From Klebsormidium nitens (Eukaryota; Plantae; Klebsormidiophyceae), in contig DF237001.1 in assembly GCA_000708835.1 (NCBI GenBank), forward strand, positions 124,001-188,000: a stretch of DNA of 64,000 nt, in the 5' to 3' direction. The notes below the pieces were generated by a model that had not been told where the DNA came from, made no database searches, and saw only the letters and a program-made list of their open reading frames with translations. Below, piece after piece: positions 37,574 through 50,582 of this stretch (positions are counted from its first letter, which is position 1; the number at the start of each line of letters is the position of its first letter). Made by a program: the position numbers and the translations under genes.

Positions 37574-39603
37574 ATGGCCTCCGCAATGATGATCAACAAG
37601 TCCCTCGCCACCAGCGGGGTGGCTCAGCTCAGGAGCAGCAGCCACTTGTCTGCCTCCACATCCCAGCTCATGGTGACCCCTCCTGCATTCTACTCGCGCA
37701 GGGCGACCAGGAGATATGCTGCCAGAGCTGAGCAGGTCACGGTAAGTACTCGCACAGCCAGTGTCGCGGGCTTGCCGAAGCTGCTGAACGGTTTCAGGCA
37801 CGCTGATTTGCTGCGCACAGGTTCACAATAGCTTTTTGATCCATCCCTGAAGGATGCAGCTTCTTAAAGAGTGATCAGAGAAGTGGTAATCAGCTGACAT
37901 GGTGCACTGGAGACTGATCTATTGTGAACCTTGAATCATTTCATGCTGCTGTACCAGTCTTGAAGTTCTGATCTTGTGGATAGATTTCTAAGAACAGTCC
38001 CAGAGTGGTTCCAAACAGTTTGGTCTTCTGCAATCAGTGGAGTGGAAGTCAGTTTGATTTAGATCCATCATCTGCCATAGAAGCTGCCTTGCTTGATGCC
38101 TGAATGCGAGGGTGTGACCAGCTTTCCTTTCCTGGGCAGTCAGATGAAGAGATTCCAAATTTTACCCACACATTGCATCCTGTCTTGCATTCGCACTGCA
38201 GAAAGATCCATGTTCTAATTACTTGATTGCCATCAGGATAACCCTGGCAAGTACAAGTCAACAAACTTTGTTTTGCACAATCATTACAGGACTCCCCCAA
38301 CACCACCAAGGTTGAGAGCCCTGAGGCTGCACCGGCTGATGCCGATGGCTTCAAGAGCACTGTGATCAAGGCCCCCACTGGAGGATTTGAGACACTGCCA
38401 GGAGTGAAGGCCAGGGGCGAGGAGTTCAAGTACGGTGATGGCCAGGATGCGAACGTCTTCAAGGGGGGCAGGGCACAGGTAAGAGCTAGAACAAGAACAA
38501 GTGTGAGGATGAACTGTGGTAAATGTGGTGGCAATGAGCTGAGAAACTTGAGGACGAAGTCTGACTTTGCCTCGTCGGAATGCTGCTGATGTTGAAGCCC
38601 AAGCCGAGCTGAGGTAGAGATGGAAAGAGACTAGACCTTTGCTGAATATGTGACTAGACATCACCACAATGATGATGAACATATATGGATAAAACAGTAA
38701 GCACTGAGGAATCGTGAAAGCTTTCGTAGACACTGTGTGCAGATCACTCATCTATACGTAGCAACCTTCGAATGAGCTACAATGCAATCAGTCAGTCATA
38801 AAGATGGGACGAACCTTCAATCAGGGAACTTGTCTAGCACAGATGTAGTATATCACCTCTACATACCTGATGCTGACATTCACGCTTCTGCATCACGCCC
38901 TATTGCATTCATCTGATGCAAGTCCTTACTTTCTTACAGGAGGTTCTCAACTCCCGGACTGCCATGCTTGGCTTCCTCTCTGCCTTCGTGGTTGAGTTGA
39001 GCACCCACGAGTCGGTTGTTCAGCAGATTACAACCAGGGGCGGGGCCTTCAACGTCATGGCATTGGCCTTCACCGTGTCCACAGGTGGGAATCACACCTA
39101 CTATTATTCAGGTTTTGCTGAAGATTGAGGATGTGAAGCCGCTTTCTCGTCCTCTTGTCCGCGATTTCAATTCGGAAGCATTGTACATGTATATTTCCAG
39201 GCATACAGTTCCTTTTATAATAAGTGCGAATAGATTTGTTTCTCATGGAACGTACGCTCATCGCCATTAATCGGGTTCGCCAGTTCGCAAGCTTGCTCTC
39301 CTCTTATCTTGATGTTCTCTGCTTATATAAATCCTGCAAACTCTTAGCTTGTAAGTATTTGGTTTTGCTCAACATCTGCCGGTAGCAACAACTAATGCAG
39401 TCTTCCCTCTATCTTCTGCAGTTCTCTTCTCGAGCTTCGCTCCCAGGGTGCAAGGCCTGAAGGAGAATGGTTTGGACGTTGAGGCCAAGCCCTCGTGGGG
39501 CGTTTTCACCCAGAACGCTGAGCTCATCAACGGTCGTTTTGCCATGATCGGGTTCATTGCCCTCATCATCACCGAGCAGCTCAAGGGATCTGCTCTGTTC
39601 TGA
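37574..39603 (+). CDS. ELIP: Early light-induced protein (ELIP)
   Basis: Exons 37574-37741 (Ser/Ala/Arg-rich transit peptide), 38290-38478, 38940-39084 ([23 protein letters not shown]) and 39422-39603 ([24 protein letters not shown]...ALF*), all in phase. Confidence 0.92.
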
Positions 39604-40027
39604 GCTCGCTAAGCTAGCTGACTGAGCAACTTAGGTATAGAGGTATAACAGCACATGGTGATAATTTTCAATAGAGTATAACTGAGGGTTGATGCTTTTG
39701 AATAAGGCAGACTGTAGACAACTGTCAAATTTGCCACATTGGCAAGCGCATCCGACCCGAAAGACAAAGGTCCTAATCTGGTGTATGTAAATAGACAATC
39801 AACGTTGCAAGACCGCGGAAAAACGTCCTTCATGCAAAAATTATATGCTGCATTGATCACTACAATTTCTCCACTCCGATCTGGCATCTGACTTCAAGCC
39901 AAAAGTTTCCCAGGCTGTTATTCCATGAAAGGGTGTAACTTCAACCGACTCTATAATTCCTTGTACATGTTAACATTCAAGTTAAATGGACAATGTCATT
40001 TCGCAAATTGTGCTCATGTGAAGCACA

Positions 40028-40051
40028 CCCTAAAACCCTAAAACCCTAAAA
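40028..40051. repeat. Interstitial telomere-like repeat (CCCTAAAA)3
   Basis: Three perfect tandem CCCTAAAA units, the complement of TTTTAGGG. Confidence 0.75.
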
Positions 40052-40504
40052 AGTGCAAGTTTGGAAGGGTCGGATCTTAAATCCTTGCAAAACTAGTTGC
40101 TTCATTCCAGCAAGCTTGTGAGAATAATGCTAAGCTTGATGGGGCAACCGTTATGCGCAACCGAACAATATCATCTATGCAACGGTATAACTTCGTGAGT
40201 ACATAGAGCGAGTGGCAAACTGTGGTTAATCTAAACCGCCTCAATACATATGACCTGTGCACGTACCCAGCTTAATTGGTTCTAAGATATAGTACAAACG
40301 TATAACAACTCGCGTCCGTCATGCATGTACAATCGGCACTGATATGAAACATGAGCAATGCAACACCGGCAACATGTTAGTGACGGTCATGGGCGCATTG
40401 TAACATATCATCTATATAGTGAACTTGATGAATGACATTTAAAAGATGTCTGGCCGTGTATACCGTCCCTGTTAGATGGATGTATTGCTTACAGGTGAGT
40501 TTTT

Positions 40505-40566
40505 CGAAACAGTCTGTTTTTGCATGAATCGTTTACGAAACAATCTGTTTTTGCATGAATCGTTTA
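40505..40566. repeat. 31-bp tandem duplication
   Basis: cgaaaca(g/a)tctgtttttgcatgaatcgttta twice, one mismatch. Confidence 0.85.
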
Positions 40567-41199
40567 TGTAGGCGAGCGCGTATAGAGTGTGGAATCATTG
40601 CTATACCGTACATGTGCGATATTTTTGGTGTCGCGTCGCAATAAATGTTAGCCCAATCAGCCATCGTCATGTTTTCAGAAAAAATGCATGTGCTTCACGC
40701 TTATAGACGGTCTGATGGTAGCATGCTGACACATGGAAAAAGTGTGTAACATAGTGCGACTTTAGTGCGAGTCGCATGCGTACATGGCAAGTGTTTGTCA
40801 CGCTCTGCACCTCTGACCAGACATTCAACCTGAGACGTTCTCTGCATGCCAATTGAGGGCCAATTGACCGACTGTGCAGGGCAACTCACCTGTCAATTCC
40901 GAAGAAACCACAAGAACATGAACTTCAAAATGCGCGTTCAGGTGAACTTAAGAAGGCTGGCAGTATGTACATAGATGAAGGCCTCACTACCACTTGTCCA
41001 GACTTAAAACTACCGACTTTGTACAGGCAACATTTTCAACTCAAAAGAGTCACTGAGAAGCAACTTTCTTCCACAGCCCTTGCCCCTACAGGACAACTCA
41101 AATACAGCTCGTTAAGAAAGCCCGCATGAGTTGTCATTATGAGCAAATGAAATGCGCTCCGGAGCGGGCCAGAGATTTTGTATACGCAACTCATCGAAG

Positions 41200-43783
41200 T
41201 CAGTCGGACTCGTTATAGGCAAGTCGAGACGTCTCTGCGAACTCCCCGCCCATGAGCTCGAGGATCTCCTGCCTGCACACAAACATGACAAAGAACGCTA
41301 GTCGAACAACCACCCACTCACAAAGTTGTTGGATCTTACTCACAGCCGCGCCCTCGATCCGCTTTCTTACGTTCGAATCCCGTCAAAAGACGTCTTAGAT
41401 TTTTCTCGGAAACCATCCAAATACAAACGAAGACTTAGGGCCCATTGCAATGGTAAAAGAAGGCCTCCTGGCGTCCTTTCTTTGAATCTTGAGCACAACT
41501 CCACAGAGGGTCACAATCTTGTAGTAAGTTGCTCACCAGAGAGGTTTCGGCAGTTGGATGCACTGCTTGAGAACCAGGCTTTTGCTGCAGGCAGCCGTGT
41601 ACCAACTCTCGGCCGTGCATTCCTGCTTCAGGCCGCCAGGCAGCCATTCAACGCGTCTGCATGCAAGGCCAGGAACGTTCGGAGTCGTCCCTTTCAATTC
41701 CAAAATGATCCTTTCAAAGAACGTTGCATTGAAGCGCAGGCGTGCCAACATTCCGAAGGTGGGTGAAAAACGGAACCATATGAGGAGAAGTGCGGGGTCT
41801 GATTTTGTCAGTAAAATAATCCGGAAGAAGAAATGAACATGTACGACTCCTAATCTGGAAGGTCTCATGCTTTGTTTTTACATGCTCACAGTGTAGTAAC
41901 TTGCCGACCAACAGATTTCTCCAAAACCTTTAAACATTCTTTCACCACACGCCCCCCCTGCTGACTTGGCCAGCCAGTACGTTTCCTCTGCACTCGTGCT
42001 CACTCACCCGACAAAGAATCTAAAGTCCGTGGGTGGAAACTTCCCCTCCAGAACGCCAGTCGCCGCTACGTCTAGCCCCCCCAGAAAAACGCCCGGCGCG
42101 ATTTCCTCAGCCCCCGGCAAAGAGTGCCCGTGCAACACGTACAAACTCCGGCCGTCTGATTTGAAACCCCCAACATAGATGGGGCACACTGAGAAGACCG
42201 TCAGGAGCCGAGACCCGTGCGTCTGATTCATGCGCGGTAAGGCCTGTCCGATGGTGTAACCGGACGGCCGGTTAAGGAGTAACCCCCACGATCCGCGGGG
42301 GCCGTGCTCGATCAGGAAGACGACAGCCTGCCAGAATCGCTGCTGGTCGAGCGGGGAGTTCTGCAAGAGGTTCAGGAGAAGGAAAATTATCATGTTCAGT
42401 CCAGAGAGAGGTGGAACTGGACAAGCAGAAGTTGAGGAATCAATTCACTATGCAAATGACAGGCGTTGTGGAACACTAAGGTGAAAATCCGGAAGAGAAG
42501 AACAGCCAGGTCTGACGACAATCTTACAAAAGCAAGTTCGAAATTTTGTCTGCAGATAAGTAAGCTCTATCTGACCATATCCTGAGGCATGGATGTCAAA
42601 CAGAGCTGCTCTAGACTCTTCAGCCCAAGTGATAGCTCCTGCTCAGCAAGGTGGGCTGCATTTTGGCTGGATATCCACAAAGGTTGGTACAGTGAATTCG
42701 ATGTTCTGCAAGTTTTTGCCAAGTTTTTGCACTTCCCTTTCCGCCTCTTTTCGAACACGCGGTGTTCAGCTCGTGACTGAAGAATCAACAACAGTGCTAG
42801 ATGCCCCACTCCTTCAGAAGGTTCAACACCATTCAATGACTGGACTTGAACTATCATTCTCAGATGTCCTCTTAGTAGGTGGGAACTATGATTGCAGAAC
42901 TTACATGAGCTGCCAGGACCAGCCCCCCGACTTCTGGACCCCCGGTTGGGTGCGCCCATGGCAACTCTTTCGCAAGGACTGGATTCTGTTTCTCGAGCAG
43001 CTCCTGGTTCTCCTTAGAGACTCTCGCGCGCCAAATGTCATCTGCCTCGGCCACATTTTCATCTGCAGATGCCTGCTGCGCCACCAGCCGCGCTCGAAAG
43101 TCCCGCCAGTCTAGTTGCTCTGAGGCAAAGTCACCTGTGCTTTCTGAATCGGGGTCACTTGACGCAGAAGCCTGCAAGTTCATGTTTGTTGAGATGAGGG
43201 GATTGAGCCTACAGCAGAACACTTTATGCCTTACTTGAGCGGAGAACCTCATTTAAAAGTATCCCTGTCTTTGAGTTTCCACTTTGTGCATTGACCAGTC
43301 AATCGCAACTAGACTGAAATGGCTTCGATTCCGCCCATGCGAGGCACACAGCTTGTAAAGAGAAGAGCAGAAGGCCTTTTCTTGCAATGCTGTATGCACA
43401 CTTTAACTCCTCACAGAGTGAATCATACCAATGAATGCAGAATTCATCTGCAGCTCCGCTCCAGGGGAACTGCCATCAGGAGCTACCTGATTGAATGCTT
43501 GACAAAACAGCCAAATTTAGGTCAGACTCACCAGGTTGCGCCACCGTCTCAAACCACAGTCTCCAGTTCCTCTTCCGCAACCTTTAGGCAAAACCCCAGT
43601 TTTCGTCCTCCACTGCTGCCCATATTCACTTCCGAAACATCCCGTCGGACACGACTCAGCCGGCCATCTTCTGAGTATTACATTCCTGGTGTGATGATCC
43701 AGCGAGCACGAGGTGCTGGGCAACTGTCCCGACGGAGACAGCACAGGGTCTTTCCAAAGAGCTCTGACGTGGCTGGTTGCCAT
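41200..43783 (-). CDS. DUF179 (YqgE/AlgH family) protein, probably plastid-targeted
   Basis: Exons 43783-43532 (N-terminal exon less certain), 43171-42905 (LDWRDFRARLV...WAHP..GPEVGGLVLA), 42360-42008 (QAVVFLIEHG..GSWGLLLNRP...YVGG...DFRFFVG), 41656-41537 (W...L..E....SWYTAACS...LW) and 41272-41200 (QEILELMGGEF...*), all in phase. Confidence 0.88.
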
Positions 43784-43893
43784 ATCCCTTGGCCGCAGAA
43801 CAGCTCAATACAACAAGTTGCAAGAAGACGAGTTGGAATTCTCGTGAGCTGCTGCAATTTTGAGCTTTTTCCTGGGCTTTCCAGATTCAAAGG

Positions 43894-43915
43894 TTTAGGG
43901 TTTCGGAAACCCTAA
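43894..43915. promoter_or_regulatory. Palindromic pair of telo-box (AAACCCTA) elements upstream of the DUF179 gene
   Basis: tttagggtttc-g-gaaaccctaaa inverted repeat about 110 nt upstream of the predicted ATG, in the divergent intergenic region. Confidence 0.45.
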
Positions 43916-44999
43916 AACCTGAAGGCCTGAGGCTGGGGGTCCTGTTCACTTTCGCACTAAAATCTTGGAAGCCATTATGCACGTCAAGGGGAGGCATCCA
44001 AGGACCATCATCCAGATTGCACGTCCTTCACAGGCAGGCTCCAGCCTCCAGATCCTCGGGGTGATGGCGGAAAAAAGCGGAAGAGCTTGCAAGCAGCAGC
44101 ATTAAGCCCCGTCGCGTCAACATTCGGCGCCTGTCCTGACACTTGCCAGCGCGTTTGCTCACACCTTGACCTAGCTGAAGATAGATGTGAACAGGCCAGT
44201 TGAGCAGGTTTCTACCAGCTTGTAGCGTCTTACTCATCGGACTGCTGCCACAGCATTTGCAGCTTCCTGCAGGGGCACTGAGCAACGGCAATTGTTGTAA
44301 GGTGAGCCCTGGGCATGTACAGCTTTCCTGGTCATTGCATAGGGCAAATTGCACAAAGCAGAAGGCACATTATGCATGTACTTTGCAATACAATGTGGTC
44401 CATAGATCTCATGGTTCTTTCAGAGTCATTGTCAGAGTGCCTCATCATGAGATCTGCACACGGTTTCTCACAAGGTAAAATGGTTTAAATCGCATGGCAC
44501 TGCGCATTGAAAGTTTGCAGAAACAAACATTGGCAAAGAAGGGGGAACTAGAAACCCATATCTATTACCTGATCTTAGGCTTGTTGGGGCTTATTAGACA
44601 TCAATGCATATTGACAAGTGATAAAAGCTGCTAGAAATGACGAACACCATGCTTCAGTGTCAAGCTTGGGGATCATTGAAGACTTCCTTCGACATTGTCA
44701 GCATTGTACAGCAAGACAGAACGAGGCGTTTGTTAGTGCAACATCTGCAGGCTGGCTGTGCTTTCAGTCTTTCAGGAATTGTTATATCAGACTGTCGCAT
44801 CAGTGTCACCAGAATGGAAAGAAACTAAAACATACGCCTTGCACCTGAAAGCCTTGGCGGCAGACTCTGGAGAACGCAGCCTAGGTGGCACTGTCTGCGA
44901 TGATTCAAAAGATGTTCACTTGTTCAAGAAAAGATGGTGTAACAAGATTCTTTTCTGCCCTAAAACAATGTTCCTTTCTCCTGCAGATCTTCATTCAAA

Positions 45000-47900
45000 A
45001 TGTGGCGCTCTCCGGCAGCGGTGGCTATCCTTGTCATTCTGGCGAGCGGCTTTTTCCGCTCAGGGGCAGCTTGGGGCACAACAGCATTGGTTGATGCTCC
45101 AAGAACAGAAAAAACGGTGGATAGAGAAAGCCCTTTCCAGGAGCAGTCTGGGGAAAAGCTTGAGCAGGCGGTAACAGGTGTCTTAGGCAGGAAAGGAGGG
45201 GCTGCTGAGGAGTCGAGTTACACCACAAAGGGCAACGTGGTACAGGAACCGCGGAAGAAAGAGATTGGCTGGTTTGGTTTCCTCAGCCCAAGCAAAACAA
45301 CAGAATCAAATGAGGCCACAGAAGGAGGTGACAGAGCTTCTGAGGAGCTTATTCTTGAAGAAGTTGGGGAGTCTGAGCTTGGAGGGGAGAAGGCTTCTTT
45401 AGAAGAGACTGAAGATTTTTCAACGCAACAAGAGGGGAACTCTTATGTTGAGACAGGCACGGAGAGTGAGGCAAAGTCAAGCGAGCGCCTAGGCAAAGAG
45501 AATCTGCTTTTGGAAGGTGGGGATGCAACATTGGACACCCCAGTGGAAACCCTCGAGACTGATGACAGCAATCCTGACATTGAAACGTCAGAATCCAAAG
45601 ACGAAGAGTCAGAAGCCGAAAGTGAAAATGCTGAAGAAGAGGAAGAGGGGAAGGGCTGGCCAACTTGGAAATGGTTTGCAAAACCCAAGAGTGTCAATTC
45701 AACAAAGGTCATGGCTAAGGCCCCTGTGCTCGAAGCAGTCACTGGTCGCGCCAACAGTACTGAAGCAGACAGTCTGGTGGCGGAGATCGCCGATAAGGAG
45801 TCTGATGGGGGGGAGGAGGAGGAAGGTTCAGAGGGAGCGGCGGCGGATCTTGATGTCGAAGATAGCCAGGAGACGGATGATGTGGAAGGGGAGCGCTTGG
45901 CAGATCTGAGGGCGGTCATCCTGGGGTCAGTGGCGCGGGCGATCAAGGGGGGAGATGCGGACGAAGCCGAGAAACTGCTGAATGATTTGTTTAGCCAGAA
46001 GAGGGAAGCAGCTAATGCATCATCTGTTGCAGTGCTTCCTGTGAACAGCACTTCGTTCACAGGGGCGCAGCGTCCATCCTCTGCGGCGGCCCTTCCGGAG
46101 AGTGGCACAGAAGAGGCGGATGAAAGTACGGAGTCTGAAACAACGTCGCCCGACATACGGACGAGTGTTTGGAACCGCTTGGTGGGAGGACAGGAGGAGG
46201 GCAGCGGCGGCAAAACAGAGGGTGCTCCGAGGGCTGCGAACAACCCTGATTCGGAAGTGGTTTCGACCACGAGGTCGACTGGGTTCTGGGGTCGGTTGGT
46301 TGGGGGAGGGGACAAAGGGAACAGCAACGAGGCGCGAGAGGAGCTTCTTGCGGAGCCAGAAGGAGAGTTGATGGGGGCAGCCGGGGGAAGTGAGAAGGAG
46401 GAGCGTGAGGAATCGGAAGAAGGGCTCCTGAGGGAGACTGATAGGGAACGGGTTGGAGAAGTTCAAGTAAGGGAGGGAGAGGAAGGCAAGGGGTCCAGGA
46501 AAGGGGCAGGTGGGGGGTTTCTAGACAGTGTCGGGAATGTCGACAGATCCAAAAGTGAAGCTTTTAGAGAAGACGGCAAGGGGAATCTTGATAGCGGGGA
46601 GGTCGAGCAGTTGGAAGGCAAGAGCTTCGGAGACACAGACGAGCAGAGAGAGGAACTGGATAAGGAGCCGGCGCTCATGAAGGTTAAGCGGGTGGGGCTG
46701 GGCAGTTTGAACCGTGCGGGGGACTCTGAGTTGCAGGCCAAAGGGGGGGATGGCCAAACCCTTGACTGGGAGGAGGGGGAGGTGGAAGCGGTCGCGGGTG
46801 TGGATGCACCGTCAGCGCTGAAGGTGACAACGGAAGTTGCCAGGCTGGTTCCCGAATCAGGTAAACACTGGTTCTGGCGTCCCTTGCCTTGTTCAAATCC
46901 TGACATCCTTCCTCAGGGATGTACAAGGAAATTGTGTTGGAAACATGAGCATTTGCATGAAGTAGTATTTGGTCAAGAAGGTGGTCGGCAGGCGGGAGCG
47001 AAGAAGTCTCTACTCCCAAAAAGCTGTGAATAAGCCCCGTTGCATCTTTCTGAATCCGCCACTTGGTTGATTGGTCAAGGACGAAGCTTGCGCATCAACA
47101 TTTCCGACGAGTAATCTCTGCGTCATCCAAGCGTCTAGATAATGCTGATCTTGCTTTCATTGAGCCGGCAGCTGGGAGGATCTGTCACGGACTTCAGGGA
47201 ATATCCAAGAACTTGATGAGCGTAAACTTTCTCTTTCATGGAATCTGTGACACAAGTTGCGGTGTTCAGCCTTGAGGCCACCTTCAATCAACCGAATTCA
47301 CAGAATGGATTGCGACAGAGCCTTCAGTGTCTCTTCAATCGTAACCAACTGTTTCTCCACTCCCAATACTCAGGCCCATTCTGAAACACCGCTCATCTCC
47401 GCTTGCAGACATTGCTACCTTAAACGCGACCCGGAACGCAACGTCCTTCTGGAACGCTTCTGGGGCCGCGGCACACCTAGTTGCCACAGTTCAGGCGCAG
47501 ACCGCCAGCTTGATGAAAAACATCACGCGCCTCACCCCCCATGCGGGGTGGGGGATCCCCGTCGAAGACCCCGCTGAAGAAGCGACGGACGGTATCCTTC
47601 CGGTGGGCTTCAATGCGTCGGGTGTTGACACCCAAAGCGTTTCGGGTCAAGGGCAAACCCAGGTTGACGAAGAAGGTTTGGAAACCGGGTTAGCCCGTGA
47701 CCCGGATCTGGACGAGGGCTTGGCGAGCAAGGGGGGAGACAGCTGGTCTCCGTTTGACGAGGACGACACCCCCTTTTCGGACAGCGTGTTCAATCTGGAA
47801 GCTGTGCAGAAGCAGGCCCAGGAGCACCTCGTGCCTCACGTCCAGGCGCTCTCCCAGGTGCAAAGCGGAGATTCTGCCATCTCTAGTTTGTTATGCCCTC

Positions 47901-50582
47901 TCGCTTCCCTTTTCGACCGCGCTTTTGGTGAAAGGTCCAGGCGCCCTCCCACCCCGCCACTAGTTTCTCCTGCCCTTTCGCCTCTTCGTATGCAGTATTG
48001 GCTTCTCCTAAAGGTCCAGGAAAGCTATTTTAGGCTGTCTTCTGCGTGCGAGAATCCCGCTGCTGATTCCTTCTGTTCCTTCGCAGTTCAGTGCTTTACT
48101 TGACCCTTGCGAAAACTTCACAAGCTTCCTCTGGTCGAAAACGTTCGCTCTCGTTTTCCTGCATATGCTAGATAACATCTCTTTCATATTGTTTTTGTCA
48201 ACGGTCAACGCGCTTCACCGAGTACGAGATGCTTCCGCTTTCTGACAATCACGGGCACTTGCTTCCCCGCTCTTGCATTCTTCTCGTAAAGGCAGCCGCA
48301 CACAGGTTAAAAGTGTGGAGTTTGACTATCAAAAAAGAAGTGGACTCCCTAACAAACACAAAAGATTCTGATTCGTGCCAGCCTCTAGGCATGCAACACC
48401 AATGCGCACTTCATGTTTAGTGAAGCAGGGATTGCTCGTACCGAACGTCAAGGATTTACGGGGAAGCGCGGCCACGCGAGTGCATCCGCTGACGGGGCAC
48501 TAAGAACGGGTGACTTCGAAGCCGGCGAACATGCTTCCCCGTCGCCAGCGCTTTTCTGAGAGTTCGCATGCCCCCTCCTCAACTAAGCCATCTGATCTTC
48601 TTTGCAGGCGACGTCCAATGCGTACGGCAGCACCCACGCTCAGATCCGGACCACATTGGACGGCGTCGTTGGTCCGAAAGCGTCCGGAGCTACTGCCACG
48701 TTCATCGTGATGCTGCTCCTACTGGTGCCGGGCGTGGCCGTCGTCGTTCTCTGCCAGAAGCTCAAGACCGTCTTTAGTTTGCAGGTGGGTTAGCAGCTAA
48801 ACCCGTGCATACACAGACTGCCTGCGTGAGTCAACGGGGACGAGCGAACTTGATTGATGGTACTTTGGAAAGAGGTCATTAGGGAAGCGGAAACCAGCGG
48901 ATGAGCTTTGCGTACTCTGTTCTAGAGCAGCTCCGCATATGTCTAGCAGCTGGACTCTTTTCCGTGTCTCCGTTTGCATCCCCGCAGGAATTGCAATAAC
49001 ATCGCTGATCCTCAAGTGTCCATGTTGCTAATCCTGATCTGCTGTGCCTCACGCACTCAGGTGATATCTCTGGTTTGAAATATCTTCTGCTTGTATCAGA
49101 CTACTTACTCGTTTGGCATAAGACCGCCGCTTGGTTTCACAAGTTGGACCGTGAAACGAACCTCAGAAGACCTGTCTCCTCCCTGTCCCCACAATGCTTA
49201 GCTTTTTGAGCCACGCACACCCATTAACCCACTTTCCTAACCCTCCCCCTGACCCTTCCTGCGCAGATGGTCCGCTTCGTGTGCTGCGCCCACCATTAAC
49301 CCAATCCCTAACCCTCACCCTAACCTTTCCTGCGAGATAGTCATCGTCTTGTACTGCGCCCGACAGTAACCCACTCCCCTTGCCCCCCGCCTAAGTCCTT
49401 TCCTGCGCAGATGGTCTTCTTCGTCTGCCGCGCCCACGAATTACCCGGTCCCCTCTTTTTCCCCGCCCAGGTGGTCATCTTCGTGCCCCATGTCCTGTGC
49501 AGATAGTTACCTGTGTGCTGTGTGCCCACCATTGACCCATTCCTCTAATCCTCCGCCTAACCCCTTTTCCGTGCAGATGGTCATCTTCGTGTGCTGCGCC
49601 TACCTCGCGCTCCACTCCGCCGTCCTCACCCTCATCGCCCTCGTCTACAAAGACCCCCTCGCGCTCTTCCAGCGCTACTCCCCCGGCGCTTACGTCATGC
49701 TCCAGTTCGTCTCGCTCCTCGCTTACGTCATATTCTTGGCGCTCTGCACCGTGTCCTGTGCGACGGCGCTCCGTACGGGGGAACTGCTACAGCGGGTTCT
49801 GGGAGCCGGACAATTACTGCCCGCGTTTGGGGTCGGTGTGCACTACTTCGGGGCGGTGTGGCAGCCGGCCATGGTGGTGCGTGACTCGAAATCTTGACAC
49901 CAATTTTGATCATTTTAGAGTCAATATGCTAAGTATGTTTCGAGGGTGCGCCTGCATATGGGTATCGGCAACTCTGCGTCGTTAACTTGATGCTTCGCTA
50001 CTAGAACCCGCCCAAACCTGATACCGGGCTGCTCAATAGATCACTTTCGAGCACAGTAGCCGCATGGTGTCCCCCAAGCTTAGAGATGGCATCATTTTAT
50101 ACCATTCAGGGTTGCTTAGAGATGGTATGTGAATGATACCCGGGTAGCACAGCCTGCCAGCTTCTGTTTTAAGACCTGGTGTCACTTTCGATTTCTTTCT
50201 TTGAGCATGCCCGGTCTTCTGATTCTGCTCAGACTCAACAACATAGCCGCACTTTGAGGACTATCCGTCAATGTGGCATAGAAGTCTGCGGGCCGGAGAT
50301 TCACTTGCCTTCAGCGGAAAAGTGTATGGTAAGAACGGAAGGAGAACCTAAAATATAGACACCAAGAAAAGCCAGGTCCCTTTATCACCAATCTCAATGA
50401 CCACCCTAGCCTACAGTGTCAACCGTGATGTTTCTTTGGTGCAGGACAAACCGCCTCACGTGAGTTGGACGGGATACGGGGTATACACCCTTGCGTTTAT
50501 GTGCATCTGCGGCGTCACGTGGTTCCGCAGATCTCGGCATGAGGTCTTGGCCTCTGGCGGCTCCGCCTACAAGCAGATGTAA
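45000..50582 (+). CDS. Signal peptide, about 700-aa acidic low-complexity ectodomain and C-terminal multi-pass membrane domain (from memory resembles the land-plant At4g39840-type family)
   Basis: Exons 45000-46860, 47490-47857, 48608-48784, 49577-49876 and 50445-50582 are in phase. N-terminus MWRSPAAVAILVILASG. The C-terminal ~250 aa has several hydrophobic helices (KTVFSLQMVIFVCCAYL..., GVGVHYFGAVWQP..., PPHVSWTGYGVYTLAF). Confidence 0.82.
49220..49600 (+). repeat. Six-copy tandem array of a branch point, 3' splice site and exon start unit
   Basis: Variants of cag|ATGGTCATCTTCGTGTGCTGCGCC begin at 49267, 49337, 49411, 49471, 49503 and 49577 (the real exon), separated by ccctaaccc-rich pyrimidine tracts. 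Confidence 0.85.

Noticed and set aside
41360-41390. gttcgaatcc resembling a tRNA T-loop
   Set aside because: Flanks do not form a T-stem, and no D-arm or anticodon arm is present.
43319-43915. 198-aa plus-strand ORF
   Set aside because: Antisense to DUF179 exon 1 and intron; no recognisable features.
45443-46906. Long minus-strand ORFs (294 aa and 147 aa)
   Set aside because: Antisense shadows of the acidic low-complexity exon; Ser/Leu/Pro-rich as expected from the complement of Glu/Gly codons.
49220-49600. Repeat-spacer appearance suggesting a CRISPR array
   Set aside because: The repeats are degenerate copies of a spliceosomal acceptor and exon start in a eukaryotic intron, spacing is irregular, and there are no cas genes.
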